From a virus, in the IMG/VR virus record IMGVR_UViG_3300013022_000002, positions 1 through 43,474 of that record: a DNA stretch of 43,474 bases; one strand, given 5' to 3'. Numbering within the stretch: position 1 is the stretch's first letter; every line of letters begins with the position of its first letter. This document shows positions 16,121 to 24,843 of this stretch, piece after piece. The notes under the pieces are model-generated. The model worked only from the letters and a program-made list of their open reading frames with translations. It was not told the origin of the DNA and ran no database searches. The translations under genes and the position numbers were made by a program.

Positions 16121-16137
16121 GCCGCCATGACAGCGGC
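16121..16137 (-). terminator. Weak hairpin/attenuator after the major tail gene
   Basis: GCCGC-7 nt-GCGGC followed on the minus strand by TTTAAT. Lies between the stop at 16148 and the G start at 16094. Confidence 0.35.
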
Positions 16138-16147
16138 GACGTTAAAA

Positions 16148-16600
16148 TTAAGAGCCGGAAGCAACGCCCCACTGGATGTTGTTTTGCTTGCCCTGAACGG
16201 TAATCTGAATAACTTCACTGGCAGGCGCGGTGATTTCATTCATCTGCCAGCCAGACAGCGCCAGCACCATGTTGGCGGTGCGACCGTTTGGGAGTTCGAC
16301 GTAAAACTGCACCGTCTGACGGTTTTGCGCGGCGTTAAGGAAGGTCGCAAAATCGGTGTTAGACGGGTCGTCCACAAATCCGAGTGACTTTTCAGGCCCT
16401 TCAGGCAGGTCAGAAATAAACTGTTTGCTGGTATCAATGAGCGTGGTGCAGTCAACGAAGCCGCCCGTCTGGCCCGTTGCGCCGAGCGCTTTACAGTTAA
16501 TCAGCGGTTTCATCGCGGAAACCGCTGCGCCAGCCGCGCCCCACATAACCACGGTGCCAGCAGGCAGCATCGCGTATTCTGGCGAAGTTTTATCAGCCAT
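16148..16600 (-). CDS. Major tail (tube) protein, 150 aa
   Basis: Position immediately upstream of G/T/tape measure. Size and composition are typical of short siphovirus tube proteins. Confidence 0.7.
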   Translation of the reverse strand: MADKTSPEYAMLPAGTVVMWGAAGAAVSAMKPLINCKALGATGQTGGFVDCTTLIDTSKQFISDLPEGPEKSLGFVDDPSNTDFATFLNAAQNRQTVQFYVELPNGRTANMVLALSGWQMNEITAPASEVIQITVQGKQNNIQWGVASGS

Positions 16601-16632
16601 GATTTTTCTCTCTGTTGAAGTGGTAGCGGCTG

Positions 16633-17040
16633 CTACCCGTTGTTTTGAATACGGTCCCGTATTTCAACCGCGAGGATTTTAAGGACGCGTGATTTGTTGT
16701 AATCCAGCGCCGGACGAATAAAGGGGGAAGGAACCTGTTTTACTGTGCCGAACTCCTGAGCCAGCGCTTTAATGAAGTGCTGCTTACTGGGTCCGACACG
16801 AAGCACGACGACTGCATTACCTTTGGTGCGGGTGGTTGAACGAATTTTGATAGAGTCACGCATGTGAGGGCCCTTTTCGGCCTCGTTGTACCCTGCGTGC
16901 TCTTTCATGTCCTGCTCAACGATTTCAAGTGAAGCGCGGCCAGCGTCACGCAAAACTTTTGTACCGGCTTTTTCACCCAGGGCAATAAGCTGACGTTCAA
17001 GCTCATCAAGCCCTGTAACCTGCATGCTCAGCACATTCAT
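16633..17040 (-). CDS. HK97 gp10-family head-tail joining/tail completion protein
   Basis: The pattern VTGLDELERQLIALGEKAGTKVLRDAGRASLEIVEQDMKEHA...MRDSI is typical of the HK97 gp10 family. Confidence 0.7.
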   Translation of the reverse strand: MNVLSMQVTGLDELERQLIALGEKAGTKVLRDAGRASLEIVEQDMKEHAGYNEAEKGPHMRDSIKIRSTTRTKGNAVVVLRVGPSKQHFIKALAQEFGTVKQVPSPFIRPALDYNKSRVLKILAVEIRDRIQNNG

Positions 17041-17420
17041 ACCTCACTGAAATAGATAATGAAATCTCTGCTCAGGCGGTACTGAACTGCGTTATTAGGC
17101 AACGTGTATTTATCCTGTTGCAGAGAGCCCCGTTCAACGTACTGAACCGGATAGCCGCCAATATCACCATGCCTTATGCCCTTCCACATCTGCCAGATTT
17201 GATTATCCAGCGCCAGCAGGCCCGAATAGTCAGATACTTTGACAAAGGAAATCTGGAAGCGCCCCGCCACCAGCGATGTTCTGACGAGCCCGTTTTCAAT
17301 CTCGGGGTCAGAAATGCGCTGATAGGTAATGCCCTCCTGCTCAGTATCAGGAATGAGCAAGGGGTAAACCTGCAGTTCGGACAGCGCCTGAAGGGATTTG
17401 TAAATTCCTGACTCAATCAT
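17037..17420 (-). CDS. Neck/tail-completion protein (DUF3168-like), 127 aa from the ATG at 17420
   Basis: The start at 17420 overlaps the upstream stop (ATGATTGA). IYKSLQALSELQVYPLLIP...ITYQRIS resembles DUF3168. The track start at 17498 overlaps the preceding gene by 86 nt and is rejected. Confidence 0.6.
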   Translation of the reverse strand: MIESGIYKSLQALSELQVYPLLIPDTEQEGITYQRISDPEIENGLVRTSLVAGRFQISFVKVSDYSGLLALDNQIWQMWKGIRHGDIGGYPVQYVERGSLQQDKYTLPNNAVQYRLSRDFIIYFSEV

Positions 17421-17748
17421 GACGCACATCCCTTTCAGCAGTAATGACGGCTCGATCACGCCTGCTGCGATCAACGGCCCTGATGGTATAAACCTCATTA
17501 CCCCAGCTTATTTTCCAGTCCGTCTGAACATCCATGCGTGGCCGGATAGTGAACTGCCATGTCTCAACAATTTGCTGCTGATCCATACTGCGGATTTTGC
17601 GGTTTGAAATGTTTTCAGCTTTGGCCCAGATAAAGGGTGAACTGATAACAATCTGACCCGGCAATACTTCACCAAGTGGCCCGCGTTCTGATTCAGTGCG
17701 CTGTACCCTGATGCGTTTATCAAGCTCGCCAGCAGCCAGCCCTGTCAT
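17413..17748 (-). CDS. Head closure / head-tail adaptor protein
   Basis: 111 aa. LDKRIRVQ...IWAKAENISNRKI...TIRPRMDVQTDWKISWGNEVYTIRAV fits the phage head-tail joining family. Confidence 0.75.
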   Translation of the reverse strand: MTGLAAGELDKRIRVQRTESERGPLGEVLPGQIVISSPFIWAKAENISNRKIRSMDQQQIVETWQFTIRPRMDVQTDWKISWGNEVYTIRAVDRSRRDRAVITAERDVRHD

Positions 17749-18071
17749 AGACCGTAAACCCTGTAGGGTTGAAGAAGCGCATCCACTGCCAGAGGCATTT
17801 CACTGGTTTTTTGTTCACTGACCGCTTCGCGGTTTGCATACCAGTGGCCAACCAGAAGCAAAATGACCAGACGGATGTCATCATCAAGCAGCAGACGATC
17901 CTCGTCGGTATCAAAGCCCGCATCAGCATTGGTTTCATAGAGGTTTCGGCGCGTCCATTTTTCAACGTGTCGCTTTGCCGCACCAACGTAGATGGTTAAC
18001 AACGAATCTTCGCTGGTATCGTCAGCATCTATACGGCAATGCTCTCTCACCGTTTCAAGATTGATAATCAT
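17745..18071 (-). CDS. gp6-like head-tail connector protein
   Basis: LETVREHCRIDADDTSEDSLLTIYVGAAKRHVEKWTRRNL is the typical N-terminus of the DNA-packaging/connector gp6 family. It is the first gene after the capsid gene. Confidence 0.75.
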   Translation of the reverse strand: MIINLETVREHCRIDADDTSEDSLLTIYVGAAKRHVEKWTRRNLYETNADAGFDTDEDRLLLDDDIRLVILLLVGHWYANREAVSEQKTSEMPLAVDALLQPYRVYGL

Positions 18072-18083
18072 GATGAGAATCCT

Positions 18084-18108
18084 GAAAAAAAGCGGCCCAG
18101 AGGCCGCT
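18084..18108 (-). terminator. Intrinsic terminator directly after the major capsid gene
   Basis: The minus strand reads AGCGGCC-tctg-GGCCGCT followed by TTTTTTT. It lies 6 nt after the capsid stop. Confidence 0.75.
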
Positions 18109-18113
18109 GAGGG

Positions 18114-19328
18114 TTACGAACCGCTTTCGGCACCGCTGAAGTTGCCGAAAACAAACGCTTCAGGACGCTTAACAGCCAGTGCAAGTCGCTCTTCGCAACG
18201 AATTGAGATCATGTTCTCTTCGAAGTCAGTACCGTTTTCGGTCGAGATAACAACGTTAGAATCTTCACGGTCAAAGAGCTGAGCGGCCACATTGAACGCA
18301 CCTGTCAGGAACTTGCCAACGAATTTGCCTTCTTCAGTCGCAACAACAGGCAGTCCCCAGAGGGTCGGTCCGGTCAAAGCAGAAGGGTTAGCCAGGATAT
18401 AGCGTCCCAGGCTGTCTTTGGTCAGTTCGATCTTTGCCCAATCAATAAAGTGCAGAACGTGACCTGATGCAGGGAAACGAGCCAACTGAGCCTGCAGCAT
18501 AGCCAGGCGTAAATCATCGATACCGCTCTGCTGAGCGACCTTAAAGGCAGGATCAAACTTGGATGCCTGCGGAACAATGCCTTTCAGGTGAGCACCGCTG
18601 CCATCGCCAAAAAGAATCTCCTGCTCTTCTACGTACTTCAGACCGTAACGCATCTCTGCATCAATGGTTGACTGAAGTTGCGCAAAGTCATCAAGAATCT
18701 GTTTTGATGCTTTGAACATGTGCGCAATGGTTGTGACAGGTGTGATTTTGGTTTCAAATTTGATGTCGCTGTAAGGCTTTTTCTCACCTTCTGGCACCAC
18801 TTTGGCAGCGTTAGTGAAGCCGGTTTGCTGAACCCAGAAAATTGCGGGCGAACCAGTACGACCCGGCGCAATAAGATCGCGAATAAAAAGTCGCTGCTTA
18901 GGCGCTGTATCGATACCGGGCAGTCGCTGTGGTTCCACAACACGATCCGGCAGGTCTGGTGAAGTTAGCGCTGAGTTGACGGGAATACTCAGTCGCTTTC
19001 CTGATTCAACGCTGGAAGCAAACGTTTTGAGTGCTTCGCTCGAAATGACAACATGGCCTGCAGACTGCGCAACCTTCACTGCATTTTGCAGAGGCATGTT
19101 AGCTACATGCTGCTCCAGATCACCCAGCGCGGCCTTCAGAGTTTTTTCAGCTTCGCGAAGCGCGTTAAATTCCGAAGCCATTTTATCAACAGCCGCTTTT
19201 GTCTCTTCTGAAAGAGAGCCGGACTTTTTAGCCTCTTTCAGCGCTTCTTCCGCTTTAGCACTGAATTTGCTGTTGGCTTCTTCAATGCTTGCAGTAACTT
19301 TTTTCAGGATTTCATTTACTTCTGACAT
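18114..19328 (-). CDS. Major capsid protein, HK97 family (404 aa including the delta domain)
   Basis: Coiled N-terminal scaffold-like domain followed by an HK97-fold region. Follows the ClpP-type prohead protease. Confidence 0.9.
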   Translation of the reverse strand: MSEVNEILKKVTASIEEANSKFSAKAEEALKEAKKSGSLSEETKAAVDKMASEFNALREAEKTLKAALGDLEQHVANMPLQNAVKVAQSAGHVVISSEALKTFASSVESGKRLSIPVNSALTSPDLPDRVVEPQRLPGIDTAPKQRLFIRDLIAPGRTGSPAIFWVQQTGFTNAAKVVPEGEKKPYSDIKFETKITPVTTIAHMFKASKQILDDFAQLQSTIDAEMRYGLKYVEEQEILFGDGSGAHLKGIVPQASKFDPAFKVAQQSGIDDLRLAMLQAQLARFPASGHVLHFIDWAKIELTKDSLGRYILANPSALTGPTLWGLPVVATEEGKFVGKFLTGAFNVAAQLFDREDSNVVISTENGTDFEENMISIRCEERLALAVKRPEAFVFGNFSGAESGS

Positions 19329-19337
19329 GGTAATTCC

Positions 19338-20186
19338 TTATTTGCCGAACGCCGCTAGGGCGTCCTGGAGTTGTTTAAGATTTTCGGGGTTTACTTCATC
19401 GGTAGCGCTCGGCGTACCCTCTGGACTGGCAGCAGCGCCCGGCGTGCTGCCTGATAAAGCTTTGAGAAGTTTTCGCCGCTCTGAGCGCGGCGTTTCAGCT
19501 TTGGCTAACAGAGCGTCGAGCTTACGTAATGCAGCAGCAGGGCTGTCATCGTCATCGGATATTTCGTCGGCAGACAGGAGACGGTCAGCGAAACCTTTAT
19601 CAACAGCATCACTGCCACCGATATAGGTTTCACCATCCATCATTTCAGCAATGTCTTCAGCGCTGAGGCCTGAGCGATAGGAGTAGATATCTCCCATTGC
19701 CTTATCGAATGGCTCCATATCCGCTGCTATCTGAGAAAGGTCATGACGATTACCCATCGCATACACCCAACAGTTATGGATCATCAGGAATGCACCACGA
19801 CCTATCTGGATATCATCGCCAGCCATCGCAATAATTGAGGCCGCTGAAGCAGCCAGGCCAAGGACTTTTACGGTCACTTTTCCTTCGTACTCACGCAGGA
19901 GGTTATAGATGGCGAGCCCTTCAAACATGTCACCGCCAGGTGAGTTGATATTCACGGTAACGTCGGCACCATTCATAGACCGCAGAGCGCCCGCGATACG
20001 GCTGGCAGTTACTCCATCTCCCCAGTAGTCAGCACCGATTACATCAAACACGGAAATGCTGTTTTCATCTGGCTTAGCGGCTTTGATACCGCCGTTCCAG
20101 CGTTCCATTGCAGCAGACGGCAAATCCCGTTTTGAGAGTGCAGAAGGCCGTCCTGCCGGCGCAGCCGGAAGGCTTTTCAGTGTCAT
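19338..20186 (-). CDS. Prohead maturation protease, ClpP/S14-like
   Basis: VNINSPGGDMFEGLAIYNLL...AASAASIIAMAGD...FLMIHN carries the ClpP Ser/His motifs. Lies between portal and capsid. Confidence 0.9.
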   Translation of the reverse strand: MTLKSLPAAPAGRPSALSKRDLPSAAMERWNGGIKAAKPDENSISVFDVIGADYWGDGVTASRIAGALRSMNGADVTVNINSPGGDMFEGLAIYNLLREYEGKVTVKVLGLAASAASIIAMAGDDIQIGRGAFLMIHNCWVYAMGNRHDLSQIAADMEPFDKAMGDIYSYRSGLSAEDIAEMMDGETYIGGSDAVDKGFADRLLSADEISDDDDSPAAALRKLDALLAKAETPRSERRKLLKALSGSTPGAAASPEGTPSATDEVNPENLKQLQDALAAFGK

Positions 20187-20197
20187 TTGGGTAGCTC

Positions 20198-21502
20198 CTA
20201 AGCCGCGTTCTTAAGCGGGGATTGTTCGAAAGGAATATCCGGGAAAACGTAGTTATGTATTTTCAGAAGGTTAGCGGCTTGCGCTGCTTGGCTGTTTTGC
20301 TTGAGGTCTTCCAGTGGTGTTAGATTCAGTTGTACGGTGTAAATCTCACCCCCTTCAATCGGCGGCATATTTTCCAGGCGACGAACGTCATTACGAGACA
20401 TCCACCCGTTCTGAAGCGCTGTTGTGTAGTAGGCAGAACGCCCGGCACTGTCTGCACGTAATAACCCTTCAACCGAGAATTCCGCAAATAACTCTTCGTC
20501 ACCATCAAGCAGGCATCGTGAAATTTCCTGCTCAATGTTCACAAGAAGCGGCCTGAGAGTATTTGTCAGGAACTGAAGGTTCATGCCTTCAACACTTGAA
20601 GCCCAACTGCTTTGCTTGTTTGCATGGCCAACCATGAAAGGCGGCACCCTGAACCAGCGACATATTTCTTCAATACTGAAAGCCCTTGACTCAAGCATCT
20701 GCGCCGCTTCGGGATTCATTGTCACATTCTGGTATTTAAGCCCGCCTTCAAGGACCATGATTTTCCCGGCGTTACGGGAACCGGTGAATGCCTGCATATA
20801 GCCACGCAACCTTTCACGCTGATCTTTATCAAGGGCGCTTTCTGCTGAGAGAAATCCTGAACTCTGAAGGCCGTTTTCAAAAATTTTTGCCGCTGACTCT
20901 TCTACTGCCATAGCCGCGCCGATGACATCACGACCCTCCATCATCGGCATCATCCCGCAGACACCATCAAGCCCGAACCCACGAATATGCATGATGTTTT
21001 TAACGGGTATCACGCGTTGGGAGGATGACTCGGTGTAGGTGTACTGCAGGGAACCATCATCAAGACGCTTAACAACCATGTTTTGCGGCAGAAGCGGAAC
21101 CAGCGAAACCAGCTTGTTGCCGATCATCTTTTTTTCGACAAAACCATTACCACGAAGACAGATACTGGCAACAAGCATCAGCATGAATCGCGATGGTGTC
21201 ATCTCCAGATTAGGGCGCCGACAAAGCACCTGATAAGCAGGATGTTGCGTGGCTGGCTTTCGTGAACCATCAGCCTGACGCTGATAGATTTTCAGCGGCA
21301 GCGTTGAGACAGATTCGCTCAAGAGCCGGACGCAGGCCCATACAGCAGAAAGCTGAATAGCTTTATCGGCTGAGACAACCTTGCCGCTGCTGCTCATCCC
21401 CATCCATTCCTGCCAGAAAGTTCCCGTTGTTAATCCAATCGGTACGCCTAACCAGTTCAGCAAGGCTGATTTAACCTTGCCAGGCTGCTTTTGTTTTTTC
21501 AT
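20198..21502 (-). CDS. Portal protein, HK97 family
   Basis: 434 aa, directly downstream of TerL (shared base 21502). Typical portal-family length and order. Confidence 0.9.
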   Translation of the reverse strand: MKKQKQPGKVKSALLNWLGVPIGLTTGTFWQEWMGMSSSGKVVSADKAIQLSAVWACVRLLSESVSTLPLKIYQRQADGSRKPATQHPAYQVLCRRPNLEMTPSRFMLMLVASICLRGNGFVEKKMIGNKLVSLVPLLPQNMVVKRLDDGSLQYTYTESSSQRVIPVKNIMHIRGFGLDGVCGMMPMMEGRDVIGAAMAVEESAAKIFENGLQSSGFLSAESALDKDQRERLRGYMQAFTGSRNAGKIMVLEGGLKYQNVTMNPEAAQMLESRAFSIEEICRWFRVPPFMVGHANKQSSWASSVEGMNLQFLTNTLRPLLVNIEQEISRCLLDGDEELFAEFSVEGLLRADSAGRSAYYTTALQNGWMSRNDVRRLENMPPIEGGEIYTVQLNLTPLEDLKQNSQAAQAANLLKIHNYVFPDIPFEQSPLKNAA

Positions 21503-23232
21503 CAGACGCCTATCATTATCGGGTTTTCGAAGAATCCACTGAGGTCCTGCGCATCCTCGCCACCGTTAACCAGCATTCGGCTTTTGGCAGTGAACAGCGC
21601 GACCGGCCCGTCAATCTTGTTTTCAGGCGTGGACTTGTTTGGGAAAATGTTGTCGTTTTTGTCAGGCTTAACCGTGACGTTTGACATCATCCAGGTCATG
21701 ACAGGGTTTTCGTCATGGTGGAATTTATTGCCGTAAATCTCTGCCTGAACAGATTTCATTGATTCCGACAGGTTTTTTACCGTCTGAGTCACCTCAACCA
21801 GCGGTAAGCCCTCTTCAGCAAGAGACAGGCTGAACTGAACTGCACTCCAGGGATCAAACGCAATCTCCTTAATATTTTCCCCCTGTACCCACCTCACTAT
21901 GTCCGCCTTGATCATGGCGTGGTCTATAACGTCACCATCGGTAAGCTCAAGATAACCGGCCGCAGACCATTTTCTGTAAAGCTCAGCAATGTGAGCAGGT
22001 GCGGTTTCAAGCCTTCCCTCCGGTATCCAGAAACGTGACTGCATGTGAGTTTCACCGGATGGGTCACGCCATGTCTTAACCGCTGCGCAGATATCAATCT
22101 TATTGGCGAGGTCAACACCCACCCACATCGGCCACGTTTTACGGTCTTCATCAACGCCGAGTTTCGGCATTTTTGACCAGCGATCCATATCCATCCACGC
22201 ACTTTCAGCCGTAACCCAGATGTTGAGGTGTTTGGTGAAAAAGTTTGGACGGGCTGCAACCTGCTCTTTAGCCTTTTTGGCAAGGCGGCGCATATCGTCC
22301 CAGCGCTTACAAATACCGAGGCCGGGATTAGCTTTAGGCCAGTTTGCTTCATCAAACGGATCGTCTTGCTCATCAAGCGTGTAAATCACGGCAAAATACG
22401 TGTCATCATCAACCACACCGCGTAACACTTTTATGGCGTAATCACGCTGCTCAAAACAGATGCCCTCTTTGTTGGTCCCCGCTGTGGTAATGGCAAACAG
22501 CAGCGACTGAAGACGGGCTCCCGTCGCCGTTTCCAGGACGTCCCAGACATCGCGGGTACGGTGAGCATGAAGCTCATCAACAATTCCGCAGTGAATATTG
22601 AGGCCGTCAAGGTTGTTAGCGTCGCTCGAAAGTGGTTCAAATTTGGATGCTGAACGCTCCTGATGGATGTTCAGCTTCACATGACCGAACAGCCGCCCCA
22701 GCGTCCGGGGCGCTTTCTTTATCATGTTTTTGGCATCGTCAAAAACGATACGGGCCTGATCGCGGGTTGTGGCCGCAGAATAGACCTCTGCGCCCCCCTC
22801 ACCATCAGCACCGGTCATGTAAAGTCCTACGCCTGAAGACAGTGTAGATTTTGCGTTCTTACGGGCCACTTCGTTATAAGCGGTACGAAAACGGCGGACC
22901 ATGATTAAGTCGCCATCTTCATCAAAAACGTGACCGCCCGTCACCTCATCGACCAGAGGGATGACAAAGCCATACAAATTTATGAGGATGAAAATATGCC
23001 AGGGCATCAGCTCTATGGGCTTACCCGCAAGAGCACCTTTGATATGAGGAACAAAATTATAAAAGTCGAGAATATGCTGAGCGCGGTCCTCGCTGAAGTA
23101 GATACCGCGTTCCGGCCCATACTCTAAATCATTGAGAAAACGCTGACACGCCAGGCGTACCAGTTCGCCAGCAACGATCTCGCCAGACAGCACGCGCTCG
23201 GCGTACTGAATACCAGCCTGAACAGTTGCCAT
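21502..23232 (-). CDS. Terminase large subunit
   Basis: 576 aa. ARKNAKS (Walker A-like), IVDELH (Walker B-like) and a C-terminal nuclease part. Follows TerS. Confidence 0.92.
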   Translation of the reverse strand: MATVQAGIQYAERVLSGEIVAGELVRLACQRFLNDLEYGPERGIYFSEDRAQHILDFYNFVPHIKGALAGKPIELMPWHIFILINLYGFVIPLVDEVTGGHVFDEDGDLIMVRRFRTAYNEVARKNAKSTLSSGVGLYMTGADGEGGAEVYSAATTRDQARIVFDDAKNMIKKAPRTLGRLFGHVKLNIHQERSASKFEPLSSDANNLDGLNIHCGIVDELHAHRTRDVWDVLETATGARLQSLLFAITTAGTNKEGICFEQRDYAIKVLRGVVDDDTYFAVIYTLDEQDDPFDEANWPKANPGLGICKRWDDMRRLAKKAKEQVAARPNFFTKHLNIWVTAESAWMDMDRWSKMPKLGVDEDRKTWPMWVGVDLANKIDICAAVKTWRDPSGETHMQSRFWIPEGRLETAPAHIAELYRKWSAAGYLELTDGDVIDHAMIKADIVRWVQGENIKEIAFDPWSAVQFSLSLAEEGLPLVEVTQTVKNLSESMKSVQAEIYGNKFHHDENPVMTWMMSNVTVKPDKNDNIFPNKSTPENKIDGPVALFTAKSRMLVNGGEDAQDLSGFFENPIMIGV

Positions 23233-23235
23233 TCA

Positions 23236-23709
23236 TCATTTGCGCTTTTTAAGAAACTTTTCAAGGGGATCGGCTTCAGCAGGGCCTATAACACCAACCT
23301 TAGAACGGCTGGCCGGGGTCATGCCAAATTCAGTGAGCATCGCCCGAATGCGCTTCCACGCATCGGACTTCATTACTGCAGCCGGGTGAGCTTTGACAAT
23401 ATCTTCGCCTGTCGCGGACACCGTTTTGTAGGTGTAGCCTTCTTCAGCCAGAACATCGCAGTGTTGACGGTACTCGGTGTAGGCCTCAATCAGCAGCTCA
23501 AGGGCTTTTCCGTCGAGCGTGGTCATCACGCCAACAGCATCCAACTCTTCGCCAATTCGCTTGAACCAGTACTTCCCCATCTTATCCAGATGCTTTGGAA
23601 TTGGGGGGACCCCAGACTTCGGTTTTGGCTCGTTTTTATTTATAGCGCGTTTTGATGGGTTCCCCTTCACCAAAGCCAGATGTGTCGGGGTTTTCGGCGG
23701 TCCTGGCAT
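23236..23709 (-). CDS. Terminase small subunit, P27 family
   Basis: MPGPPKTPTHLALVKGNPSKR...W..I..EL...GV.T..D is the characteristic P27-family N-terminus. Confidence 0.85.
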   Translation of the reverse strand: MPGPPKTPTHLALVKGNPSKRAINKNEPKPKSGVPPIPKHLDKMGKYWFKRIGEELDAVGVMTTLDGKALELLIEAYTEYRQHCDVLAEEGYTYKTVSATGEDIVKAHPAAVMKSDAWKRIRAMLTEFGMTPASRSKVGVIGPAEADPLEKFLKKRK

Positions 23710-23909
23710 AATCGAAAACTCCTATTAATAACTGGTTGGGTCACCCCAAAAAAAGTTTTCTAACCTGCGGCGATGCGAAAAAAGGTTAGGCGGCGGTCCT
23801 TAAAGGCGAGAGGGGTGAACTTTCGACCCGCCCTCCCCCTGACAAATGACAATGACTCTCATTTGAGGTGAAATAGTTACATTTGAAATCACTTTGATGA
23901 TATTGATTC
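23710..23909 (-). other. Putative cos (packaging) region between HNH and TerS
   Basis: A 200-bp non-coding gap in the HK97-type HNH - cos - TerS arrangement. The exact cos cleavage site cannot be identified from sequence. Confidence 0.35.
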
Positions 23910-24260
23910 TCATTTCAACCTTTCTTTTGCGGTTTTGCTGCGGTGGCAGGGCCAGCACAGGGCCTCAAGGTTGATGTCATCATCGGTGCCCCCATGTGCT
24001 TTGGGTACGATGTGGTCAACGGTCTTGGCTGCTGTTGGCCTTCCGCTTCTTAGGCAGTTTTGGCAGAGATGCCGATCACGCTGCAGGATACGGGCCCTTA
24101 ACACATCCCACTTGCTGCCATAGCCGCGCTCATGCCTGCTCTGTCCCTGCTGATGTTGCTCCCAACCATGATTGCGGTGAGCCTCACAGTAACCTGAGCG
24201 GTCAGTTGTGGTCTTGGCGCAGCCGTGCTTCCTGCATGCTCTTGGTATCAGTGCTGGCAT
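23910..24260 (-). CDS. HNH endonuclease (terminase-associated), 116 aa from the ATG at 24260
   Basis: MPALIPRACRKHGC...CQNC...VDHIVPKAHGGTDDDINLEALCWPCHRSKT. GGAGG SD 4 nt before 24260. The track start at 24317 is a TTG with no SD. Confidence 0.85.
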   Translation of the reverse strand: MPALIPRACRKHGCAKTTTDRSGYCEAHRNHGWEQHQQGQSRHERGYGSKWDVLRARILQRDRHLCQNCLRSGRPTAAKTVDHIVPKAHGGTDDDINLEALCWPCHRSKTAKERLK

Positions 24261-24843
24261 CAAGCCTCCACGCCCTGCGGCGCTGTGTGCGTTGCTCATT
24301 GTCCGGGTGCTGCTCAACTATGTCCGAGTCTGCATGGTCAACAAGTGAATAGCATGGATAGATAACGTCGCCGCCATATGCATCACCAACCGCATAGTCG
24401 GCTGGCTTTGCGCTGTCCCATCTGGTCAGCACATCAGTGATACGATGCTGCGGTATACTGTAACAGACGCCGTGAATCAGCCTGCTCATGGTGATGTAGT
24501 CAGTCTGGCGCTGGTCGCTGTCGATAAGCTTTGTTGCCACCTCAAGCTGATACTGCGGAGGCCTGCCGGTTCCAAGATAGAAAGACAGGAGATCGTCAGG
24601 GAACCGGTTAATCCAGGCTTCAACCTTATCAGCGAACCCATCTACCAGCAGCGCATCATCTTCCATGATAACCACCCGACAGTTCTGCTGGCCTGCCCAC
24701 TCGATAGCGCGGCAGTGATTGGCGTTAGCGCCAGCGCCAATGTCATCAAGAAAAACGTATGCTTTAAGTGGTATCGCAAGATTAATGGCTGCTTCATATC
24801 GTGAGGGATGCGCCACAATGGCAAACTTTACTTGTGCTTCCAC
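24202..24843 (-). CDS. Putative GT-A-fold glycosyltransferase (213 aa)
   Basis: FAIVAHPSR...VVIMEDDALLVDGF (DXD-like) pattern. GTG start with an AAGGAG SD. Overlaps the upstream GT by 16 nt and the HNH gene by 59 nt. No TM segment. Confidence 0.5.
   Translation of the reverse strand: MEAQVKFAIVAHPSRYEAAINLAIPLKAYVFLDDIGAGANANHCRAIEWAGQQNCRVVIMEDDALLVDGFADKVEAWINRFPDDLLSFYLGTGRPPQYQLEVATKLIDSDQRQTDYITMSRLIHGVCYSIPQHRITDVLTRWDSAKPADYAVGDAYGGDVIYPCYSLVDHADSDIVEQHPDNEQRTQRRRAWRLDASTDTKSMQEARLRQDHN

Noticed and set aside
18976-19626. 216-aa plus-strand ORF spanning the capsid/protease junction
   Set aside because: It is antisense to two strongly supported structural genes, has a low-complexity Ser/Ala/Leu composition, and has no RBS.
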